Virus record (IMG/VR): IMGVR_UViG_2870609773_000002
Coordinates: 1 to 64,000 of that record
Source of the DNA: a virus
Taxonomy: Duplodnaviria > Caudoviricetes
Length of the DNA: 64,000 nucleotides
Reading direction: 5' to 3' (one strand)
The notes under the pieces were generated by a model, which did not search any database, was not told the DNA's origin, and saw nothing but the letters and a program-made list of their open reading frames with translations. The position numbers and the translations under genes are program-made. Shown here in pieces: positions 55,445-64,000 of this stretch. How positions within the stretch are numbered: the first letter of the stretch is position 1; each line of letters opens with the position of its first letter.

Positions 55445-55741
55445 ATGGAACCAATTTCCTCCCTTAGTCGGGAGTTCCTGTACATCCCCGTCAAGGGCCC
55501 GTCCGGCGGTGAAGGCGTCGAAGTCGCCTTCACCAAGGAGGACGGCAAGCCAGCCGAGACGGACTGGCACGCCGCGATGTGGGACAACCACAGCGCCGCC
55601 GGGGCTGACGCGAAGATCCTCGTCGGCCCCGGCGGTGACGGCGCGGTCGAGCTGCCTGAAGGCACCTACCGGGCGTGGGTCCGGGTGTCCGCCCTCGTCG
55701 AACAGCCAGTCCTACCCGGCGGCCTTGTCCCCGTCATCTGA
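55445..55741 (+). CDS. Small Ig-like virion protein
   Basis: GGGAGG SD; GTYRAWVRV. Confidence 0.65.
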   Translation: MEPISSLSREFLYIPVKGPSGGEGVEVAFTKEDGKPAETDWHAAMWDNHSAAGADAKILVGPGGDGAVELPEGTYRAWVRVSALVEQPVLPGGLVPVI

Positions 55742-55750
55742 GGAGACCCC

Positions 55751-56014
55751 ATGCTTCGCAACCCAGCCACCGGCGACATTGTCCGCTACCGAGGCAAGCA
55801 GGGCCTCCACGCCGTGCGCGCCGCGATCGTTACGGCGGACACGATGACGCTCGACCCCGAGGGCGTCAGGATCGGTGCGCTGCCGCCGCTGGACGACGCA
55901 TCCCACGTCCACCTGTGGGTGTTCACGCCCGGTCAGGTGGGCGGATTCCACGAGTACAACGTCGCGCCAGGCGACGCGCCAGGCACCTGGCACTGGCCGG
56001 TGACGGCCGGATGA
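55751..56014 (+). CDS. Hypothetical phage protein
   Basis: GAGGAG SD; GTWHWP. Confidence 0.7.
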   Translation: MLRNPATGDIVRYRGKQGLHAVRAAIVTADTMTLDPEGVRIGALPPLDDASHVHLWVFTPGQVGGFHEYNVAPGDAPGTWHWPVTAG

Positions 56015-56175
56015 CCAGTCAGACGATCACCTGGCGACAAGCCGCGGCCCACGCCGCCGCAGTCCTGGAGCGCGCCGACTGCGAGCCCAACCCGGACATG
56101 GTCGAGGCCAAGGTCTCTATCGCGGAGGGCTGGACCAGCCTGGCCCTCGCCCTGTCGGAGATCGAACAGACATGA
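56011..56175 (+). CDS. Small hypothetical protein
   Basis: ATGA overlap. Confidence 0.55.
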   Translation: MTSQTITWRQAAAHAAAVLERADCEPNPDMVEAKVSIAEGWTSLALALSEIEQT

Positions 56176-56190
56176 ACAGGAGGGTGGCTG

Positions 56191-57765
56191 ATGCCGCTTC
56201 CCGAGCGTAATCAGGAGTGGCCGCCGCCAGCGATCCGACAGGAGATGCGGCTCTACGACACTCACGGCGCCTGGTACGCCGGCGACCCGGACAAGCTGGC
56301 GCAGGTGTACGGCGGCAACCGGGCAGCGCCGATGGTGGGGATGGACCCGAAGGGCTGGGACCGGCCGATCAGCCGCATGGGCGGATACCTCGGGCGTGCA
56401 GTCCGCTACTTCTGGGGAACGCCCACACCGGCCGCGCAGTCACGAGCGACGAAGCTTCACATCCCGCTCGCCGCCGATATCGCCGCCACCAGCGCCGACC
56501 TGCTGTTCAGCGAGCCACCGACACTCAAGCTGAAGGGCAAGAAGGGGCAGCAGCGGCTCGACAGCGTGCTGCACGAGGCCGGCGTCTACGGCAGCCTCCT
56601 GGAGGCCGCAGAGCTGGCCGCCGCATACGGGGGCGTCTACCTGCGGGTCGGCTGGGACACGACGATGGCTGACCACCCGGTCGTGGACGCGTTGCCGCCG
56701 GACGCCGCCGTGCCCGAGTTCCACAACGGCCGGCTGAAGGCGGTGACGTTCTGGCGGGTCGTCTACGAGGACGACCGGTCGGGCGAGGTGTGGCGGCACC
56801 TGGAGAAGCACGAGAAGGGCCGCGTCTTCCATGGCTTGTACCTGGGCGATGAGGATCACCTGGGCAGGCAGATGCCGTTGGAGGATCACCCGGCGACCGC
56901 CGAGTTCGCCGAGCTGGTGGACGAGGATGGCGGGTTCGACAGCGGGTTCGATCGTGGCCTGCTGGTTGAGTACATCCCGAACATGCGCCCGCACAGGATG
57001 ATCCGGGGTACGGCGGTCGGCCGCAGTGACTATGCGGGCGTTGAGCCGTTGCTGGACGCGTTGGATGAGACGTGGACGTCTTGGATGCGGGACCTGCGGC
57101 TCGGTAAGGCGAGGATCATCGTCCCGGAGATCTACCTGACGACGGCCGGGCGCGGCCAGGCAGCGTCGTGGGATCCGGATCGGGAGATCTACAGTCCGTT
57201 GGGCGGCATGCTGCCGTCGCCGCAGAACCCCGGCAGCATGATCACCCTGAGCCAGTTCAAGATCCGGGTGCAAGAGCATGCGGAGACGTCGAAGCACCTG
57301 GTGGAGCAGATCGTTCGCGGTGCCGGGTATGCGCTGCAGTCGTTCGCTGAGGGTGGCAATGGCCAGGCCAAGACGGCGACCGAGATCCACATGGAGAAGC
57401 ACCGGTCGTACTCGACGCGCGGCCGGAAAATCGGCTACTGGACACCGCGACTCGCGTGGCTGTCGGAGGCGATGCTGGCCGTCGATCACGCGGTGTTCGG
57501 GACGAAGGTCGTGGCTGAGCGGGCGACCGTGGAATGGCCGGACGGCGTCATGCCCGACCCCGAGAGCATGGGCCGCACGCTGGACATGCTGAACCGGGCG
57601 CAAGCCGTCAGCCTGGACACGAAGATCCGTTGGGTTCACCCCGACTGGGACGACGTCCAGGTCCAAGCTGAGAAGGAGCGGCTGCGCGACGAGCTCGGGC
57701 TGAACGTGCCGGACCCGGCAGCCCTGGGCGAGACGTGGATCCCTGACGCGAGCGGCGACGACTGA
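56191..57765 (+). CDS. Portal protein (SPP1 gp6-like)
   Basis: 524 aa; IAATSADLLFSEPP, GRSDY, TATE; position before head genes. Confidence 0.9.
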   Translation: MPLPERNQEWPPPAIRQEMRLYDTHGAWYAGDPDKLAQVYGGNRAAPMVGMDPKGWDRPISRMGGYLGRAVRYFWGTPTPAAQSRATKLHIPLAADIAATSADLLFSEPPTLKLKGKKGQQRLDSVLHEAGVYGSLLEAAELAAAYGGVYLRVGWDTTMADHPVVDALPPDAAVPEFHNGRLKAVTFWRVVYEDDRSGEVWRHLEKHEKGRVFHGLYLGDEDHLGRQMPLEDHPATAEFAELVDEDGGFDSGFDRGLLVEYIPNMRPHRMIRGTAVGRSDYAGVEPLLDALDETWTSWMRDLRLGKARIIVPEIYLTTAGRGQAASWDPDREIYSPLGGMLPSPQNPGSMITLSQFKIRVQEHAETSKHLVEQIVRGAGYALQSFAEGGNGQAKTATEIHMEKHRSYSTRGRKIGYWTPRLAWLSEAMLAVDHAVFGTKVVAERATVEWPDGVMPDPESMGRTLDMLNRAQAVSLDTKIRWVHPDWDDVQVQAEKERLRDELGLNVPDPAALGETWIPDASGDD

Positions 57766-59741
57766 TGACCATCACTCCAGCCGCTGCCATCGAGGAGGGT
57801 CTGGAGCAGGCGCGCAAGGTCGCCGCCATGTACGCCGACGCGGAGACGGCGCTGCTGGAGCGCATCGCCGCGCGGGTCGGCAAGGACCTTGACAACGACG
57901 ATGGCGACGACTGGGCGGACAAGCGGCTCTCCGAGGTGACGCAGCTCCGGAAGGAAGCCGAAGCGATCGTCCGCCGGTTGCAGGCCGCGTCGAGAGCTGC
58001 CGCTGAGGCGGCGGTGCTGGAAACGTGGGCCGAAGGCATGGACGCCGCGGTGCGCGGTGCCGTGTTGCAGGTCCACGACCGGAAGGTCCGGAAGCGGCTG
58101 GCCAAGGTGCTGGAGGACGCGAAGAACCTCGGCGCGAGCCGGGGCATCAACGCCGGCCAGGGCGTTGCCGAGCTGGCCGCGCAGACCGTTCGTATGGTCA
58201 CGTCGGTCCATGAGGGCGCGCTGCGGGCGGTGGACGACATCTTCCGCAACGTCGTCGCCGAGACTGCCAGCCGAGCGCTGATCGGCGCGGAGACTCGGCG
58301 GGAGGCGGCGCAGCGTGCGCTCGACCGGTTCACGGCCGAGGGCATCAAGGGGTTCACTGACTCGGCCAACCCGCCCCGGACCTGGAGCATGGCCAGCTAC
58401 GCCGAGATGGCTATGCGGACGGCCGTCGCTCGGGCGGCGGTGGACGGTCATCTGTCCACGCTGCGCGAGGCCGGGATCAACCTGGTCAGCGTGTCGCGGC
58501 TGCCGTACACGTGCGACCGATGCGCCCGCTGGGAGGGTGAGGTACTGGCCCTGTCCGGATCGGCGGGCACGCGCGTGGAGGAGAACCCAGCCACGGGCGT
58601 GCAGGTGTTCGTGCAGGTCGCGGGGACGGTCGCGGAGGCCCGGTTGGCGGGCCTGCTGCACCCGAACTGCGGGCACAGCCTGAACGCCTACCTGCCTGGA
58701 GTGTCGAGGCCGGCGCCCGTTGTGCAGTCGAAGACCACCTACAAGGAGTCGCAGCGGCAGCGCTACCTGGAGCGGAAGGTCCGCGAGACCAAGCGGCGCG
58801 CGGCGGTTGCGCTCGACGACGACGCCCGCGCGAAGGCGGATGCGAAGACGGCCGCCTACCAGCAGCAGCTCAAGGAGCTGACGAAGGCGACAGGGCTGCG
58901 ACGCAGAACCGATCGGGAGAGGGCCGACGCCCCGTCTGCGGACCTGGATGAGCTGACCGACCGGGAACTCGCCGACCTGGCCAGCAAGTTCAGCCACGAC
59001 GAGCAGGCGCTGGCCCGGCTTGAGCAGGAGATGAGCCGCCGCGACGAGGCCGACGCGGCGGCTGCGCGGGCAGCCGGCCCGGCTGCGCAGGACGACCCGA
59101 TCGCCGCGTTGTCGGAGATCAACGACCTGGGCGACCTGACCGACGACCACGTGTTGGCGCTGATGGAGCGGTACCGCGACGACGAGCAGGGCATGGCCCG
59201 CGCGCTCGACGAGCTGGACCGCATCGAGAGGCAGACTCGCGCGCGTGAGAACTGGTCGTGGAACTGGCGCGAGGAGGAGACCGACGCCGACCGGGCGATT
59301 TCGGACCTCATCGCGTCGGGCCGCTACTCCTACATGGACGCGTACGCCGAGGTGCACGGGCTGGACCCGGCCGAGCTGGACCGTCAGGAGCGGCGGGCCC
59401 TGCTGGAGGCGGACCGCCGGCCGGGCGAGGACATCGATCAGACGGTGCGCCGCCTGTACGCCGAATGGCTCGACCAGGCGTACGAGCGGGCCGAGGCCGA
59501 CACGAACGGCTTCCTGCTGAACGCCGAAGGGCGTGCGGCCGGGATCAACGAGCGGTCGCTGTTCTCCGGGCCGGCCGCGCGCGCCAGGAAGTACGCCAGC
59601 GAGGAGCTGCTGCGCTGGTGGGCGAACAACGCGCGGCTCACCCTCACAGAGTTCCGCGCGCAGTGGCTCGGGCGGGAGTCCGACCGGCGGGCGGCCGAGC
59701 AGATCCGAGCGGGCGGCGCCGGGAGGGAGTTCGGAGTATGA
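57765..59741 (+). CDS. Minor capsid / MuF-like head protein with long C-terminal extension
   Basis: SYAEMAMRT, CDRCARWEG, GLLHPNCGH, QRYLERKVR in first ~380 aa. Confidence 0.85.
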   Translation: MTITPAAAIEEGLEQARKVAAMYADAETALLERIAARVGKDLDNDDGDDWADKRLSEVTQLRKEAEAIVRRLQAASRAAAEAAVLETWAEGMDAAVRGAVLQVHDRKVRKRLAKVLEDAKNLGASRGINAGQGVAELAAQTVRMVTSVHEGALRAVDDIFRNVVAETASRALIGAETRREAAQRALDRFTAEGIKGFTDSANPPRTWSMASYAEMAMRTAVARAAVDGHLSTLREAGINLVSVSRLPYTCDRCARWEGEVLALSGSAGTRVEENPATGVQVFVQVAGTVAEARLAGLLHPNCGHSLNAYLPGVSRPAPVVQSKTTYKESQRQRYLERKVRETKRRAAVALDDDARAKADAKTAAYQQQLKELTKATGLRRRTDRERADAPSADLDELTDRELADLASKFSHDEQALARLEQEMSRRDEADAAAARAAGPAAQDDPIAALSEINDLGDLTDDHVLALMERYRDDEQGMARALDELDRIERQTRARENWSWNWREEETDADRAISDLIASGRYSYMDAYAEVHGLDPAELDRQERRALLEADRRPGEDIDQTVRRLYAEWLDQAYERAEADTNGFLLNAEGRAAGINERSLFSGPAARARKYASEELLRWWANNARLTLTEFRAQWLGRESDRRAAEQIRAGGAGREFGV

Positions 59742-59908
59742 CCATTTCCGAGACTGACCGCAGAGCGGCCGTGACGTTCGGTCGTCTGGCTGGCGAGCGC
59801 GGCATGCCGGTCACCGTCTGCCCGTACCCGGTGCGGGGCGATGACCGGGCGCGTGCGCTGCGGCTGCTGTGGATGCGCACGTACGCGCGGCACACCTCGG
59901 GCGCATAG
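59738..59908 (+). CDS. Small protein, Rmf/CrpP-like motif
   Basis: GRLAGERG...CPY...W; ATGA overlap. Confidence 0.5.
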   Translation: MTISETDRRAAVTFGRLAGERGMPVTVCPYPVRGDDRARALRLLWMRTYARHTSGA

Positions 59909-59984
59909 ACGCGCCCTTCTTCGGTCCGCCAGGCGCGGGCCTTTCCCATGTTCCGACGACACGCTCCAGGAGGGCGATCTCGTC

Positions 59985-60746
59985 ATGCCTGAAAACACTG
60001 TGCCGACCACCGACGACAGCGGCGAAGGCCAGCCGCAGCAGGAGCAGAACCCTCCGGCTGGGGCCGGGGTCACGCCGTCCGAGCCGCCGGCGGCGGACGA
60101 GGCGGGGGTCAACCCCGACGCCAAGCGCGTGGACCAGCTCCCGACGTGGGCGCAGAAGCTCATCAAGGACACCCGCGCGGAGGCGGCCGACTGGCGGTCC
60201 AAGCTGAAGGACGCGCAGAAGACCGCCGACGAGGCGACCGCCAAGCAGGGGCCGTCTCCGGAGGAGATCACCGAGAAGGTGAAGACGGATTTCGCTCAGC
60301 AGATCGCCAAGGCGTTGGGCCTGGCGGCTGAGGAGGAGACGCCGATCGACCCGCAGAAGGTGATCGAGACTCTGACGGCCGAGCGGGACACCACGGCGAA
60401 GGAGCGCGACTCGGAGAGGGAACGGCACCGCCGTGCCTTGATCGAGCTGGCGGTGCACCGCGCCAGTCAGAAGGTCGGTGCGGACCCGGACGCCCTGCTC
60501 GATTCCAGGTCGTTTCTCAAGGCGGTCCGGGACATGGACCCGGACGCCGACGACTTCTCCACCAGCCTGACGGAGACGATCCAGACGGCGGTGGAGAACA
60601 ACCCGAAGTTCAAGGCGGCCACCCAGGCGGGGCCGCCCGCGCGCTCGGGGGGCGAGTTCACCGGCGGGCCTGGTGAGCGAGCGCCGAGTTCCGAGCCCTC
60701 CATTGACGAGTTCCGCGCCAGGCGTAAGAAGCGCGCCTCGTCCTAG
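59985..60746 (+). CDS. Capsid scaffolding protein
   Basis: AGGAGG SD; IKDTRAEAADWRSK, AVENNPKF, GGEF; precedes capsid. Confidence 0.8.
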   Translation: MPENTVPTTDDSGEGQPQQEQNPPAGAGVTPSEPPAADEAGVNPDAKRVDQLPTWAQKLIKDTRAEAADWRSKLKDAQKTADEATAKQGPSPEEITEKVKTDFAQQIAKALGLAAEEETPIDPQKVIETLTAERDTTAKERDSERERHRRALIELAVHRASQKVGADPDALLDSRSFLKAVRDMDPDADDFSTSLTETIQTAVENNPKFKAATQAGPPARSGGEFTGGPGERAPSSEPSIDEFRARRKKRASS

Positions 60747-60751
60747 TCGCT

Positions 60752-60772
60752 GATTGCGGGACCGCAATTAGC
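60752..60772 (-). promoter_or_regulatory. Motif A copy 9 (reverse; GATTGCGGGACCGCAATTAGC)
   Basis: Between scaffold and major capsid genes. Confidence 0.75.
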
Positions 60773-60796
60773 TCTCCAAAGAGGTGAAAGGCCCGA

Positions 60797-61735
60797 ATGG
60801 CTAACACTTTCCTGACCCCGAGCATTATCGCCAAGGCGGCGCTGGCCACGCTGTACGAGACCTGCGTCATGGCCCAGCTTGTCCACCGCGATTATGAGCA
60901 GGAGTTCGTCTCCCGCGTGGGCGACACGATCTCCGTGCGGAAGCCCGCCGTGTTCCAGGCGAACGAGTTCGACCGGGCGACCGGCATCCAGATCCAGAAC
61001 GCGTCCGAGGGCAGCGTGCCGATCACGCTGAACCACTTCGCCGACGTGAGCTTCAGCGTCACCGCCGAGGAGCTGACGCTGGAGATCGAGGACTTCGGCA
61101 CGCAGCTCCTCAACCCCGCGATGGAGGCGATCTCGCAGAAGATCGACAGGGACATTCTGAGCCTCAGGAACGACATCGTGCAGCGCGTGGGCGTCCCGGG
61201 CACGACTCCCACGGGCCTCACCGGCGAGGTGATCCACCCGTACGACGACCCGAAGACGGCGATCGACGCCAGGCGCGTGCTCAACCAGCGGAACGTCCCG
61301 GCGGCGGATAGGCATCTGGTGATCGGCCCGGAGATCGAGGCGCTCTGGCTGTCGGATCCGCTGTTCCACCAGGCCGACGTCAGGGGCGACACGGACGGTC
61401 TCCGCGAGGCTTCGCTGGGCAGGCGAGTCTTCGGTCACGATGCCTACCAGACCCAGAACATCGACGCGCCCACGGGCACGCCGACGACTGGCCAGCCGAA
61501 CACCGAGATCGGAGTGGCTTTCCATAGGACCGCTTTCGCGTTGGTGACTAGGCCCTTGGTCCTTCCGCAGGGCGCGGCCAACGCCGCCGTGGAGAGCTAC
61601 AAGGGCTTCGGCGTCCGCGTGGTGATGGACTACGACATCTCGAAGAAGCAGGACATCGTGTCGGTGGACTGCCTCTACGGCGTCAAGACTCTCGACGCCA
61701 ACAGGGCTGTGCTGATCCACGGGGTCGCGGCGTGA
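60797..61735 (+). CDS. Major capsid protein (P22 coat-like)
   Basis: MANTFLTPSII, GDTISVRKP, VDCLYGVK; 312 aa. Confidence 0.9.
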   Translation: MANTFLTPSIIAKAALATLYETCVMAQLVHRDYEQEFVSRVGDTISVRKPAVFQANEFDRATGIQIQNASEGSVPITLNHFADVSFSVTAEELTLEIEDFGTQLLNPAMEAISQKIDRDILSLRNDIVQRVGVPGTTPTGLTGEVIHPYDDPKTAIDARRVLNQRNVPAADRHLVIGPEIEALWLSDPLFHQADVRGDTDGLREASLGRRVFGHDAYQTQNIDAPTGTPTTGQPNTEIGVAFHRTAFALVTRPLVLPQGAANAAVESYKGFGVRVVMDYDISKKQDIVSVDCLYGVKTLDANRAVLIHGVAA

Positions 61736-61950
61736 CCGGCTGGGCCCGATTCGGTGACGTCATCTTCCCGCTGTCGTCCGTGACCAGTATCTCGGTCAAG
61801 CCCACGACCGGCGGCAAGTACTACGTCGAGGTGGACCGCTACGTGGGCAACTACCTGGTCACGAACCAGACTCCCGCGATCGACACCAAGGCGGAGGCCA
61901 CTCAGACGGCCGAGCGGATCGCGCACGGTCTCTACTGGGAGGCCGCGTGA
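61732..61950 (+). CDS. Small hypothetical protein
   Basis: GTGA overlaps. Confidence 0.55.
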   Translation: MTGWARFGDVIFPLSSVTSISVKPTTGGKYYVEVDRYVGNYLVTNQTPAIDTKAEATQTAERIAHGLYWEAA

Positions 61951-62231
61951 CGTTCATCTACCGCAACGCCAACACTGGGCAGGTGGTCCCGCTTGAACAG
62001 CGAGACCCCTGCCTGGACATGTTGGACAACTGGCGGATCGTCGGCGGGCCCGAGCCCGCCGACGCGTCCGGTCCGGCTTCGGCCGGGCCGGTCCGCCCGT
62101 CCGAGCACGACAACAAGGCGGCATGGGTCGAGTACGCGGTCGCGCGCGGCATGTCCGAGAGCGACGCCAAGGCGCTGAGTAAGGCGGCCTTGATCGAGGA
62201 GTTCGGGGAGGACGACGATGGCGAGGACTGA
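61947..62231 (+). CDS. Small head-associated protein
   Basis: KAAWVEYA...SKAALIEEF (HeH/LEM-like). Confidence 0.6.
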   Translation: MTFIYRNANTGQVVPLEQRDPCLDMLDNWRIVGGPEPADASGPASAGPVRPSEHDNKAAWVEYAVARGMSESDAKALSKAALIEEFGEDDDGED

Positions 62232-62559
62232 TCTGGCCGTCCGGCCCATGCCGCGCATCGGCGTTGCGCTCGGCGTCGGCCTGGTCGCGGCCAACGTGGA
62301 CGGCAACGCCTTCGACCACACCGACCGGCGCATGCTGCTGATCAAGAACAGCAACGGCGCGCCCGCGACGGTGACCGTGCAGATCCCGGCGACGGTCGAG
62401 GGCCAGGACGTGGAGGACCTGCCGGTCACCATCCCGGCCAACGACAGCGTGCTGCTGCCGCCGTTCAGCGCGGTGTACCGGCAGGAGAACGGCAAGGTGT
62501 ACATCGACTACGCGGCCCCGGCTGGCCTCACGGTCGGCGTGCTCGAACAGCCGGTGTAG
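62218..62559 (+). CDS. Virion structural protein
   Basis: Beta-rich; LLIKNSNG...VTVQIP. Confidence 0.65.
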   Translation: MARTDLAVRPMPRIGVALGVGLVAANVDGNAFDHTDRRMLLIKNSNGAPATVTVQIPATVEGQDVEDLPVTIPANDSVLLPPFSAVYRQENGKVYIDYAAPAGLTVGVLEQPV

Positions 62560-62561
62560 CC

Positions 62562-62954
62562 ATGGCGTACGCAACCGCTGCCGACTACACGGCATACAGC
62601 GGCCAGGCCGCGCCGCCCGACGACATCGACCGGAGGTTGGAGCGCGCGTCCGAGCGCATCGACGAGATGCTGTTCGCCTCGATCTACCCGACCGACGACG
62701 CTGGCCTGCCCACCCGGCCGGAAGACGTCGAGGCGATGAAACGGGCGACGTGCGCGCAGGTCGCGTGGACGATCGCCACGGGCGATGAGTTCGGCGTGGC
62801 TGCGGCGTTCAAGTCGGTGTCGATCGGCTCGGTCCGGCTGGACCGTGGAGGCTCCGGAGACGCGCCGCCCCCGCGGTACTCACCGGACGCCTCCTCGATC
62901 CTGCAGCGGGCCGGCCTGCTGCCCGGCTACATCCTCGACGGGAGCGTGTGGTGA
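62562..62954 (+). CDS. Head-tail connector (adaptor)
   Basis: MAYATAADY, LERASERID, ATCAQV. Confidence 0.8.
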   Translation: MAYATAADYTAYSGQAAPPDDIDRRLERASERIDEMLFASIYPTDDAGLPTRPEDVEAMKRATCAQVAWTIATGDEFGVAAAFKSVSIGSVRLDRGGSGDAPPPRYSPDASSILQRAGLLPGYILDGSVW

Positions 62955-63262
62955 TGCTGCCCGAATGGCTGCTGCGCCACAAGGCGACCATCGAGCCGTT
63001 CCAAGGCGACGGCGCGTACGGCCCCGTGTTCGGGGACGCGTTCGAGGCCCGCTGTCTCGTGGACGACGAGCGGCGCCTGGTGCGCGACGCCCAGGGCGCC
63101 GAGGTCGTCTCCGACACGACCGTGTTCTTCCCTCCGGGCACCACCTGCCCGGAGGGCAGCAGGGTCACCGTCAACGGGCGGCAGACCACCGTCATCACGT
63201 CCTTCGCCCGCGACGGTGGCGGGCTGCCGACCCCGGATCACGTTGAGGTGGTGTGTCGCTGA
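62948..63262 (+). CDS. Head closure / stopper protein
   Basis: GAYGPVFG, RRLVRDAQGAEVVS, GSRVTV. Confidence 0.75.
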   Translation: MVMLPEWLLRHKATIEPFQGDGAYGPVFGDAFEARCLVDDERRLVRDAQGAEVVSDTTVFFPPGTTCPEGSRVTVNGRQTTVITSFARDGGGLPTPDHVEVVCR

Positions 63263-63615
63263 TGGTCAACGCCAAGTTCAACGCGAAGATCAACGGTGAG
63301 GAGATCACCGCAGAGATGCGGCGCGCGGCCGCGCGCGGTCTGCGCCTCGCGACCGAGCACGTGCTGTCAGTGTCCAATCAGCGGGTGCCGCACGACGTGG
63401 GCGACCTGGAGCGATCGGGCGCGGCTGTCGTTGACCGAGAGGACCTGGTCGGCGTCATCTCGTACGACACCCCATACGCGCGTACCCAGCACGAGAACCT
63501 GGACTACCAGCACAAGCCGGGGCGCACAGCGAAGTTCCTGGAGCTCGCGCTCCGCGAGGAAGCCGAGACGGTCAAGCTGATGCTCGCCCGGCAGCTCCAG
63601 CAGGTGTTCAAGTGA
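63253..63615 (+). CDS. Neck / minor capsid protein (HK97 gp10-like position)
   Basis: VPHDVGDLERS, YDTPYARTQHE, KFLE. Confidence 0.75.
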   Translation: MSLMVNAKFNAKINGEEITAEMRRAAARGLRLATEHVLSVSNQRVPHDVGDLERSGAAVVDREDLVGVISYDTPYARTQHENLDYQHKPGRTAKFLELALREEAETVKLMLARQLQQVFK

Positions 63616-64000
63616 GCGGCTGGACGCGCGACCTGCTGACAGGGTTCGCGGTCCTGCTCGGCGAAGCCGACGTGGCGACCTGGAACCCGAACGGCATCTA
63701 CACCGACAACCAGACGGCCCTCACGATCGGTGGCCTCCCGGCCAAGCCAGACACAGCGATTGCGCTCGCCGTGTACGGCGTAGGCCAGGCCGGCGACGAC
63801 GTTGAACAGCCGGACTCGGCCGTGCAGATGCAGGCCCGATTCCGGGCCAAGACGGACCCCCGGGTTGTGGACGACCTGGCGGACGGCGTGTTCGACGCGA
63901 TTCATGGCCTGGCCAACGTGACGCTCTCGACAGGCGTGCACGTGCTGCTCGCTCGGCGGACGCTCGTCGCCCCGCTCGGCCGCGACTCCAGCGGCCGGTG
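63612..64000 (+). CDS. Tail terminator-like protein (truncated by window end)
   Basis: GTG at 63612 overlapping upstream stop; frame open to end. Confidence 0.65.
   Translation, partial: MSGWTRDLLTGFAVLLGEADVATWNPNGIYTDNQTALTIGGLPAKPDTAIALAVYGVGQAGDDVEQPDSAVQMQARFRAKTDPRVVDDLADGVFDAIHGLANVTLSTGVHVLLARRTLVAPLGRDSSGR

Larger units (their letters stand above)
1..64000. mobile_element. Actinobacterial temperate phage / prophage (left part; tail and lysis genes beyond window)
   Basis: Integrase, XRE repressor, RuvC, WhiB, terminase, portal, scaffold, major capsid and head-completion genes in phage-like order; overlapping ATGA/TGATG junctions; no host operons. Confidence 0.95.

Noticed and set aside
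57636-59357. Long opposite-strand ORFs here and at e.g. 3810-4934, 9154-10323, 51149-52711
   Set aside because: GC3 shadow frames of well-supported + strand genes; no motifs or SD.
1-64000. tRNA, rRNA or other structured RNA genes
   Set aside because: No cloverleaf or rRNA signature recognised by eye; tRNAscan-SE and Infernal were not run, so a small RNA cannot be excluded.

Overview
The whole window is the left ~64 kb of one GC-rich actinobacterial temperate phage (prophage). No flanking host operons are visible, and attL lies just outside base 1. Gene order: tyrosine integrase (1-1260, -); a plasmid-type Rep-like gene; an early + strand array of small genes with a PP2C phosphatase and an ArdC-like gene; a DNA-modification-like cluster (N6-type and C5 methyltransferases, two PP-loop/PAPS-reductase-like proteins, a TGT/DpdA-like protein, a Mom-like GNAT); HU; a full-length tilS on the - strand; a DnaQ-like nuclease; a regulatory block (tandem GntR, secreted peptide + membrane protein + TrmB/LuxR regulator, XRE repressor); recombination and replication genes (PD-(D/E)XK nuclease, phiC31 gp3-like, RuvC, WhiB, HAD, SLOG, J-domain, initiator with internal iterons); a collagen-like surface protein; a second Xer-like recombinase with a dif-like site; ParB + ATPase-GNAT + ASCH; terminase, tail-fibre-like genes, portal, MuF-like minor capsid, scaffold, major capsid and head-completion genes, cut off at 64000. 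The main signals not explained by the gene list are a 21-bp palindromic motif in 9 dispersed copies, a second motif clustered at promoter-like gaps, a candidate peptide-signalling locus beside the repressor, a phage-borne tilS, and features suggesting both integrated and plasmid lifestyles. All family calls come from motif recognition by eye; no database searches were run.
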